Of a DNA stretch of 64,000 nucleotides, positions 33,605 to 43,780 are shown one piece after another; position 1 is the first letter of the stretch; every line of letters starts with the position of its first letter. Below the pieces are notes generated by a model. That model was given only the letters and a program-made list of their open reading frames with translations. It ran no database searches and was not told the origin of the DNA. The stretch lies in NCBI GenBank assembly GCA_010093995.1, contig ML992509.1:342894-406893 (forward strand). The letters are read 5' to 3'. The stretch is from Elsinoe ampelina (Eukaryota). The position numbers were made by a program, and so were the translations under genes.

Positions 33605-34405
33605 ATGCTCGAGCCTCATGACCGCTTCTCGGCCCGCGAAAGAGGCACGCTCATCTTCGCATACGTCGGGCTCTTTTGCGTCACTCTGGTCATCTACGCA
33701 TTCCGTATGCAAGGCAGTTCGATCAGAGACTGGCAAGAAGCTGGACGAACCATACCGTAGGTATTTTCTCCTTCCTGATATTGATCACGTGAGCCGAAAG
33801 GCCATAGCCGGACGCTAGCAAGCCACGCGCGCACACTCAATTGATATACAGTACTGACTATATCCCTCAGTCCAGCGATCGTCTGCAGCATCATAGAACT
33901 CATATTTGAGTTGGGTTACGTGCTCCAAATCCGCCTGCTATGGCAAACTAGAATGCCTATCCCGTGGCTATGGGCATTCAGCATCGTCCTCAGCGTGTAT
34001 TGGGTCATCGTCTTCGGCGTCAGCCAAGGTCTCGGGTGGAGAGAAGCCCCTATCACAGGCAGCATCATGTACGTAAACCCCATCCTTGCTCCCTACGACA
34101 TCGACTTGCAGAAACAGCATACTGACCATCCCAGGGGCGTAGCCATCCTGATCGTCACATTCTCTTGTCTGAAGTGCCGCTTCTACGTCCTCGACTGGCG
34201 CAAGCAAGAAGAGCTCCGCGCACCCAAGACTGCTGCGCAGATCGAGGCCCGGAGTGAAGCTGCCGACGATGTGCCGGGACTGGTGGAGATGAGGCCGATT
34301 GGCACGAGAGGGGCGGGGGAAAGGCCGGCGAGGGACGACGATTCGATCATGACTCCACCGCCGGTTTACGATGGGACGTTCGAGCCGCCGGGTTATAGTC
34401 GGTGA
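33605..34405 (+). CDS. Orphan ~4-TM membrane protein with C-terminal PPxY motifs (paralog A)
   Basis: Reconstructed with introns 33705-33760, 33789-33870 and 34069-34134, giving one open frame with four hydrophobic segments and tail PPPVY..PPGY. Confidence 0.65.
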
Positions 34406-36060
34406 TCGCCGAAGCTGACTTGCTGGGTGAGAGAAGCAAGGGGTTGGAAGCAAGGGACTCATACAGCGGGTTACCATCTTTTTTCAAATTCGATGCAGCG
34501 GACTTACTAATCTCTGTACTCACCACTGGTACCTGCCGGAACGTCCTCCCACGCCATGTCCGGAATACTTGACAGGAAAGAGTCTCTTGACGAGACCTTG
34601 GAAGCCTCCTGCTGCCATTGCTTGATCCACTGCCCACAGGAGCCATGGTTCCTCTCCTTCGAAGACTCATCCATTGTCGAGACGAACCTCGCGCCATTTG
34701 CAGAACGCGTGGCTCTCTCGGTCGGTCACATCATCGCTCTGGTCCTCACGCTTGTTGTTCTCCACCGGGGAAGGGGCATCGACAAAGCCAAAGACATTCC
34801 CCAAGCATCACTACCGTTGGGACACGAGGAGAGCCAACTGGCCACTACTGTTGCTACATTGAAGCAGCTATCCGGGACGGCCATGCTCATCTGCCTGCGT
34901 TCATTACGCATCATCTGCCTGGCGAGAACTGCAATTTCGGTGTACCGCGAACCAGTCCACCTCATGCTGCTGATGGGCGGTCACATCGTCTTGTGCATCA
35001 CTTGCCTCGTTTCGATCCCATCATTCCTGGACGCCAAAGACGGACTATCGACTTCCCTGTCCGGCTGGTTGATGTAGGGAAACATTATCTCGATAGCAGT
35101 CGTGACGTCGCTAATTTCGTCAATAGGTTGGTACATTTTTGCACAATGATTTATGCCAACGAGACGTTTGAGATGAGAAAGAGAAGTGAGTGACCGATCG
35201 TTGACTTGTGGGTATTAGCTGACGTTCTTGCAGAGCTTACTCAAATACGCAGGAGGGAAGCTGCACTGTCACTTGAGGATGGGAAGGGTAGCGCTGCTAG
35301 TGAACCTAAGCTGCCATGTAGTCTGTTTCTGCGGATGTGGATTGAGGTCGGCCGAGCTGCCGGAGATGAACGAGACGAGGCGGCGAGGGCATAGCAGGGG
35401 TTGGTAGCGTGGGTCTTGCAGGCTTGGAAGCTGCGATCATTGTGACCGGAACAACATTATATCGCTGCCCTGGATAATAGAGATCGAGAACGTACGGTGT
35501 TTCCTTGCCTCGGCTTCGTCCAAGCACAAGCCGCGCCAACCACACTGGCAGGCATGACCTACCTGAACTGCCGCACTGCAATGTCAAGTAACGACAGAGG
35601 ACCGCGAGTGCGGAGGCCGACAGAGGTGACGCTCCTTGACTGTTCGGAGCACCGTTCGATGGAGTCGTGGGTTTAGATCAAAGGCGGTCCTGAGTGATGC
35701 TGAAGAACGTTTGAAACCCAGCAGGAATTCTCATGGTGGTCATTTTCCCTACCGCACTGTTGAGTCACTACTCAAGTGTGGGACATCGACTGTTGTCGTT
35801 CCGCGTACAATGCACCGTATTTGGGGTTTGCAATACGTGTATTCGGAAACAAGTTGTGGAGCGAGAGGTGTCCGATGAAAGGATCAAGATGGCAGCGTCC
35901 AGGGCTGACGCGGACCCCCAGAGCAGCCCGTGCTCAAACACAGCCCTGAGGCCACCGAAAGCATGCTTGATGGCGGATCAGGCAACGAGAAACAAGAGAC
36001 ACTCGCCATGGATTCTTGTTGGTTTCTTATACAGTACACGCTTGAATCGCCGAGTTTACC

Positions 36061-37167
36061 ATGGAGGCATATTGGCTTAGTCCACCACAAAGAGGATGGA
36101 TGGTATTTGTCCTGGTGGTCATCATGGTCCTCGACGGCGGTCTCTGGGGATTGAGGTTGGATCAGGAAGAGCAGCGTCAAGTTTACGGACCCAAGCGACC
36201 GTCAGTACATCATCACCGAGTGGCAATTCCGAAGCATCTGACGCGTACTCAGAGCATTTATACCAATGGCAGGAATTGACTTCTTGTTCCTGGTCTTCAT
36301 TTCTGCAAGCATCCACGGCATTATCAAGCAGAGGCTGGAGGGGACGACATGGATCATCTACAACGTCTTCTTGAGCATATACTGGACCACCACCTTCGTG
36401 ATCGGCTACCTGAATCGGTGGGTGGCTCAGAATACCATCGGAGGCGCAAACATGTATGCAACAAGTAAGCAGAGAGTTCTGTGAACACGCTGACGTGCTT
36501 GTAGGGGTGTCGTCAACCTCTTACTCATTTTCTGCATCATCAGGACCTATGTTCTGCCTAGGAGTACGTTTCGCCATTCCTCCCCCGAGTACTGATACTG
36601 ACTTGACCAGACCGGAGACAGGTGAGACCAAGGCAGGCGATCCATGTCATCCAAGAGCATTACAGACTCAACGAAGCCGCCAAATCAAGTGCCGTACCTT
36701 TGCCACCAGCAGCATTGTCTCCTGGCCGCGAACGATCTGGTCAAGTGACTCAGGATCGTACAGACATGATCCCACCGCCACTCCCTGGAGAAGTCGGCCC
36801 ATCGCCGCCACCCAGAGCAGCCAGAGGTGCGACTCACGATCGGAACAGACAATCAACGAGGTCTTTCCGGTCAACACGTACGCGAGAGCGCATGTCCCTG
36901 CATCGAGATAGACAAAGTGCACACCACCTATTACCCTCTTCCAGCACTGTCAATGTCGCCGAATACAGAATCGATGCTCTTCCAGCATATGATCCAGACA
37001 GTAGTCCGGATGAAGAGACTCCTGCATATACGGAGATGGAGGACAACCCTCCGCCGGCCTATACACCATGGCCAGAGAATTTGATGGAGGCGTCGTTGAG
37101 AGCAGTTGAGGCAGCTCAACGGGCGGTCATGTTCCCGATCACTCAATTCCAACCCAGACCCCGATGA
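36061..37167 (+). CDS. Orphan ~4-TM membrane protein with LPAY/PPAY motifs (paralog B)
   Basis: Introns 36156-36252 (weak GTTGGA donor), 36454-36504 and 36564-36610 give a continuous frame. TM similarity to 33605-34405 and a shared AT|G-G intron position. Confidence 0.6.
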
Positions 37168-37954
37168 GCAAGCAGATGGATGGAATTCGACATGACCTGC
37201 TGACGACTTTTCTGACGATCGAAATGCCCCTAACGAAGATAATAATGTGTGATCATGTACTTAGCCATAGCACTTGAACATGTTGTAGAAACAGTGGTCA
37301 AACTGCGTTGCCTCGGCCATGAGCTCAGTGATGATACTGCTAGTCAATGGCTTGATTCGACCGCCGATGCATTCAACAAATGCATGTCAGACGGAGGAGA
37401 CGCGTCGATAAAGAGGGTGCCTGAAAAAGGAAGCATGTCCAGCACCGTCTTTCCGGCAAAGACGGCAAAACAGATGTCAATCGTTGAAGTCGGGCACGAA
37501 GAACGCCGCATGGCCGGCTGGAATCAGGAAGCATGACCAATAACGGACGAGAAGATTCGTGTTTTGCCTGCCGTTTCCATCGTTAGTGCGGCTCTCCGTA
37601 CGGCATCGGGGCTATCGGACAACATTGGCCGGTCCCTGCAGGCCGAGGACCCACTGGACCAGTGAAGAACGAGTGTGGAGTCGGATGTTTCCCCAATAAT
37701 GATGCGTGCAACACTGTAACGCAGTCTCTGAGCAATCCATCCATCGGATACCTTACGATCCTCCATCGTCGACGACGGAAACATGCAGGCACCCCAATTT
37801 CCTCTTACATACACCGTCTTTTCCTGTACTGCTGTTTCTTACCTCGAGCAATAATAATGTTTGTGCACGCATCATAATTAAACGGAGCTGCATTCCCCGC
37901 CCCCAACCCTAAAAGTACCTATTGCGTGGAAACACGCCTTGGCCAGAAGGGATC

Positions 37955-40900
37955 ATGGCAGCCCCAGGTGCTCCTATACCAGAGAAAGTCTGGGCCAGTG
38001 ACGATCGAAACCCTCCACCAGAAGCTGGAACAGAAGGCAGACCAGCGGAAGTCTTCGAACGCATCGCAACCGGTAGCGAATATGAGAAACCCAGACGAGA
38101 ACCAGCCGAGGAGGTCGACTTGGTCTTGGAGGAAGCCCGCTCGACGAGAAGAGATCCTCTCTCTAGGACAGCAAGCAACTGGACAGGCACTTCTGCAAGC
38201 AGTATTGCAGAAACCCCAGACCCTAAAGATCTCGACCCGAAGAAACGATCATGGACCCATCGAATAAACCCCTTCAAGAGCAAATACCCTCCCCCAATAC
38301 CGAAAGAGAAGGAAATATCACACGAGTACCAGGCTGGTTTCTGGAACAGACTCATCTTCCAATGGATGACTCCGATCATGGACACGGGCTACCAACGCCC
38401 TCTGGAAGACAAGGACATTTGGATGGTCAACCCGGAGAGAAGTGCAGATGTACTGGCCGATAAACTCATGACGAGCTTCAAGGTCAGGAAAGAGCGTGGA
38501 GATAAGAATTATCTGCGCATGGCACTGTATGATACGGTCAAGAAAGAATTCTTGGTTGGAGGTGCATGCCAACTGGTCGCTTCAACACTGCAGATTCTCG
38601 GCCCATTCACTCTGCGCTTCCTTATTGCGTTCGCAACGGAAGCCTACGTCGCACAGCAGAGAGGCCTTCCAGCTCCGGACATCGGCCACGGTATCGGTCT
38701 GGTCGTTGGCATTACACTCATGCAGGCAGTCCAGAGTTTGTCAACGAATCACTTCCTCTACCGTGGTATGACAGTTGGTGGCCAGCTTCGAGCAGCATTG
38801 ATCGTTGTCATTTTCGACAAGTCGATGCGGATATCAGGACGAGCAAGAGCTGGTGGCAAATCATTCGAGAAGCCACCAGAGGCTGTCAGGCCGGGATCAG
38901 AAGATGAAAAGAGTTGGTTCAAGAAGCATCTGCCAAAATCGAAAAAGAAAGACACTCCAAAGGACAAAGCTGGCGTTTCAGGCGACGGCCAAGGCTGGTC
39001 GAATGGTCGTATCGTCAATCTAATGTCTACAGACACATACCGAGTCGATCAAGCATCAGGTTGGTTCCACATGATCTGGTCTGCCCCACTTGGTATCATT
39101 CTCACCCTCATCTTGCTGCTCGTCAATCTGAGCTACAGTGCCCTTGCCGGCTTCGCGCTCATCGTCATCGCTATGCCCCTTCTCGGTCGCTCGGTCAAGT
39201 CGCTCTTTGCTCGCAGGAAGAAGATCAACAAGATCACCGATCAGCGAGTCGGTCTTACCCAAGAAATCCTGTCTGGAGTAAGATTCGTCAAATTCTTCGG
39301 CTGGGAAACTAGCTTCTTGGATCGTCTGGCTCAGATCAGGAAGAGTGAGATCACAAAAGTTCAGGTGGTCCTGTCAATCAGAAACGCGATCATGGCTGTT
39401 GGCATGTCTATGCCTATTTTCGCTGCCATGTTGGCCTTCATCACCTACTCTCTCACCAGCGCCACGAATGGTCTGGTCCCTGCCAGAATCTTTTCATCTC
39501 TTGCCTTGTTCAACTCGCTCCGCCTTCCACTGAACTTCTTGCCACTCGTCATCGGTCAAGTGGTCGATGCTTCTGCCTCGATTCAGCGTATTGAGGAATT
39601 CTTAAATGCAGAAGAGGCTGAAGACTCAGCAGAGTGGGATCACGACGCCAAGGACGCCATCGCTATCAAGGACGCTAGCTTCACTTGGGAGCGGACTCAG
39701 ACTCGTGAGAACGAGGACGGCGACAAGAAAGATGATGCGAAGCACAAGGGCGAAGCAAAACCAGAATTGAAAGCGCGCAAGAAGGCTGAGAAGCTCAAGG
39801 CGGCTGAGAAGGATCTCTCCGACCAGACCTCTTCATCCGAGTCGGACACGACAAGTGAAGTCAGCAAAGAAGAGGAGAAGCCGTTCGAGATCAAAGATAT
39901 CGATCTCAACGTGGGTCGGAACGAGCTCATTGCAATTATTGGACCTGTTGGATCCGGCAAGAGTTCTCTGCTCGGCGCCCTCGCTGGTGATATGCGTCGA
40001 TCCCAAGGCCATGTCACGCTTGGCGCCACTCGTGCTTTCTGCCCGCAATATGCATGGATCCAGAATGCTACAGTCAAGGAGAACATTATCTTCGGGAAGG
40101 AGTATAAACGACGATGGTACAACGAAGTTGTGGATGCTTGCGCTCTCCGACCTGATTTGGAGATGCTGCCCGCTGGCGACATGACCGAGATTGGCGAGCG
40201 TGGTATTACTGTTTCTGGAGGTCAAAAGCAGCGTCTCAACATTGCACGAGCCATCTACTTTGACGCAGACATCATTCTGATGGACGATCCGCTGTCAGCT
40301 GTTGATGCGCATGTCGGACGACACATCATGGACAACGCTATCTGTGGTCTGCTCAAGGACAAGTGCAGAGTTCTCGCTACCCATCAGCTTCACGTGCTGC
40401 ATCGCTGTGACAGGATTGTCATGATGAGCGAGGGTCGCATTAGCAAGATCGATACCTTTGACAACTTGATGGCCGGCGATGAAGAGTTCCAGCATCTCAT
40501 GGCAACCACGGCAAACGAGGAGAAGAAGAAGGATGGTGAAGATGAGGAAGTCGATGCGAAGAAGCCAAAGCAGAAGACCAAGCACAAGAAGGGAAAGAGT
40601 CTCATGCAGGTTGAAGAGAGGGCTGTCGACAGCGTGCAATGGAGCATTTACGGTGCTTACATCAAGTCATCCGGGACCTGGTTATCGGCACCTATCGTGC
40701 TCTCCCTGCTGGTCATCGCTCAGGGATCGAACATTGTGACTAGTCTGTGGCTTTCGTGGTGGACGTCCAACAAGTGGGGCTTGAGCAATGGTCAATACGT
40801 GAGTCAACTCGAAGAAACCCGCACGAGCTTCACTGACAATAGCTAGATCGGTGTCTACGCAGGCTTCGGGGTGCTGCAGGCTCTCCTGTTGTTTGCCTTT

Positions 40901-42595
40901 TCAGTCACTTTGACCGTGTTCGGTACAAACTCTAGCAAGGTCATGCTTCACCGAGCCGTCACTCGTGTCTTGCGAGCACCAATGTCATTCTTTGACACCA
41001 CTCCACTTGGACGTATCACCAATCGCTTCAGCAAAGATGTCGACACCATGGACAACACTTTGACGGATGCTTTCCGCATGTTCTTTCTCACTGCAGCGGC
41101 CATCATCTCGGTCTTTATCCTGATCATAGCCTACTTCTACTACTTCGCCATCGCGCTTGGTCCACTCTTCATCCTCTTCTTGTTCTCGTCGTCATACTAT
41201 AGAGCCTCGGCTCGCGAGATCAAGCGACATGAGTCCGTCATGCGGTCAGTCGTCTTCTCTCGCTTCTCAGAGGCAGTCTCTGGCGTTGCTACTATCAGGG
41301 CGTATGGCTTACAGACGCAATTCTCCAACTCTGTGCGAGAAGCAACCGACATTATGGACGGTGCATATTTCCTCACATTCTCGAACCAACGGTGGCTGTC
41401 AATGCGTCTCGACGTAATTGGCAACCTGCTTGTTTTCACGACTGGTATTCTGGTTGTCACGTCCCGCTTCAACGTCGATCCATCCATCGGTGGTCTCGTC
41501 CTTTCTTATATCCTCACCATCGTACAAATGATTCAATTCGTCGTCCGCCAACTCGCCGAAGTGGAAAACAATATGAACTCTGCTGAACGTATCCACTACT
41601 ACGGCACCGAGCTCGAAGAAGAAGCGCCTCTCCACACCGTCGATGTCCGCCCATCCTGGCCCGAGAAAGGAGAAATCGCCTTCCAAAACGTCTCCATGCG
41701 TTACCGCCCCGAACTCCCCCTCGTCCTCAAAGACCTCACCCTCCACGTCCAACCAGGCGAACGCATCGGCGTCGTCGGCCGCACCGGCGCCGGGAAATCT
41801 ACCATCATGTCGACCCTCTTCCGCCTCACCGAACTCGCCAGCGGCAGCATCACCATCGACGGGCTGGACATTTCCAAAATCGGCCTCGCCGACCTCCGCA
41901 GCCGCCTCTCCATCATCCCCCAAGACCCGACCCTCTTCCGCGGCACCATCCGCAGCAACCTCGACCCTTTCAACCAACACTCGGACCTCGAACTCTGGTC
42001 CGCGCTGCGCCAGGCCGACCTCGTCGGCGCGAACCAAGAACTCACCGACCGCTCGTCCTCCGCTCGCATCCACCTCGACGCCCCAGTCGAGGAAGAAGGC
42101 CTCAACTTCTCTCTCGGGCAAAGGCAACTCATGGCTCTGGCGCGGGCGTTGGTGCGAAACAGCCGCATCATCGTGTGCGACGAGGCGACGTCGAGCGTCG
42201 ACTTTGAAACGGACGCCAAGATCCAGAAGACGATACAGGAGGGGTTCAGGGGCCGGACGCTGTTGTGCATCGCCCACAGGCTGAAGACGATCATCGGGTA
42301 TGATCGTATCGTGGTGATGGATCAGGGGGGCATCGCCGAGTGTGCGAGTCCGTGGGAGTTGTACAAGGCGAGGGGCGTGTTTTGGGGTATGTGCCAGAGG
42401 AGTGGGATTGGGGAGGGGGAGTTTAGGAAGGATATTGGGGAGTTGGAGGGGGAGGTTGTGGAGGAGAAGAGGGAGGTTGTGGAGGAGAAGAGGGAGGTTG
42501 TGGAGGAGAAGAGGGAGGTTGTGGAGGAGAAGAGGGAGGTTGTGGAGGAGAAGAGGGTGGAGAGGGAGGAGGAGGAGGGGGAGAAGAGGGAGTAG
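37955..42595 (+). CDS. ABCC/MRP transporter, Yor1-like
   Basis: TMD-NBD-TMD-NBD layout; intron 40799-40846. NBD1 GPVGSGKSS, VSGGQKQR, MDDPLSAVD; NBD2 GRTGAGKST, FSLGQRQL, CDEATSSVD; also FFDTTPLGRITNRFSKD. Confidence 0.93.
42452..42556 (+). repeat. Coding minisatellite, 5 x 21 bp (EVVEEKR)5
   Basis: Perfect GAGGTTGTGGAGGAGAAGAGG units at the ABC transporter C-terminus. Confidence 0.95.
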
Positions 42596-42874
42596 ATTGG
42601 GGGCAAAATTTGATGATTGCATGATGTATGAGCTTGGTTATGTGGGCTTCAGAATGTATATTTTTATTCTTGACACTGGTCGACGCCGTGATGCTTTGAT
42701 GCTTGGAGTGTGCCTACGTGACTGCTGGTATCGTGGGAGAACGAGTGAAATAGAGACGCTATAGCCCGTCTCGTCGCCAGCTCATGACGTTCATATCCAT
42801 CCATCCATTCATCCCCATCATCATCCCACTCTGCCAATCCTCCGCTACCTCTCCCTGACCTCCCTCACCTCGCC

Positions 42875-43540
42875 CTACGGCGCACTCACCTTCTCCTTCT
42901 CCTTATACTCCACCTCCCTAATCCCCTCCTTATCCACCACCTTGACCAACAACCCCTTAAAATCCACCGGCAACCTCCTCCTCAACTCCTCACTACACAT
43001 TGCCAAAATCCTCAACCCTTCCTCCAGACTAATATCCGGATGATGATGCTTATCCAACGTGCTCAAACAATAATACTGCGCGTACCCGTGCGCGGCGTAC
43101 GGCACCTTGGCACACGACGCCAGGTAATCAATCCAGTACAACTCTGGCTTTTGCGTGCTCTCGTCGTACCCGGCCAGCAGCAAATTGACCGTGTAGGGTG
43201 AGCGACTGCGCAGGGAGGAGGCGAGTTCGGTGCGGATGAAGGAAGACGTGGCGCTCGGGGAGAGAGAGGTGGAGTTGCGCGTGCTGTACAGCCGGATGTT
43301 GGCCTGGATGAACTCTGCGAATTGGACAGTGTCGCCCGCTTCGCCCGAGAAGGCGATGAGGTTGTGCGTGTTGAGTTCTCGTGTTTTGTCGTCGCTTGAT
43401 TTGAGGATCGTGGCGCCGCGCATGGCGGCTTTGGATGAGGCGAGGAGGGTGAAGTCTTTGCCGGTGATGCCGAGGAGGACTTCCCTGGAGGTGTGTTAGT
43501 GGGGGGGGACAAGGGGGGATTGGGGAGGCGAGGCGGACAT
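42875..43540 (-). CDS. PRE1: 20S proteasome subunit beta-4
   Basis: Start codon split AT|G by intron 43485-43538 (GTCCGC..CTAAC..CAG), giving MEVLLGITGKDF. Motifs GEAGDTVQFAEFIQAN, PYTVNLLLAG and AHGYAQYYCLS. Confidence 0.92.
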
Positions 43541-43659
43541 TCTGACGGTTGATGGGGGGGATGAGTGGTGGGAGGTGGTGGGAGTTGTGTTGGTTTGAGG
43601 TGATGATGAAGCTCGGTCGGGCAACGTGAGCTTCGGATGCCTGGAGGTGGAAAGCTTGA

Positions 43660-43696
43660 CCCTAACCCTAGAGTAGATGGCCGCTGGGAAAAATTT
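43660..43696. promoter_or_regulatory. Telobox-like CCCTAACCCTA and RRPE-like GAAAAATTT in the PRE1/UTP13 bidirectional promoter
   Basis: Motifs at 43660-43670 and 43688-43696, within a 240-bp head-to-head gap upstream of a ribosome-biogenesis gene. Confidence 0.4.
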
Positions 43697-43780
43697 ATGG
43701 TCGGTTTTTTCGAGCATGTCAGTGCTTGGATTGGAACAGAATATGCCTCGGTAACATAAGTGATTTCAGAGACTTCGAAG

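Noticed and set aside
34556..35193. Overlapping 173-aa and 191-aa ORFs between the two PY-motif paralogs; possible third gene
   Set aside because: No similarity to the paralogs, no motifs, and no consistent splice model on either strand.
29650..42595. GT23-like, PanE-like and ABC genes as tailoring or export genes of the mycosporine cluster
   Set aside because: They lie more than 10 kb away, separated by NLP and kinesin, and the families do not match the expected carboxylate reductase or UDP-glucosyltransferase.
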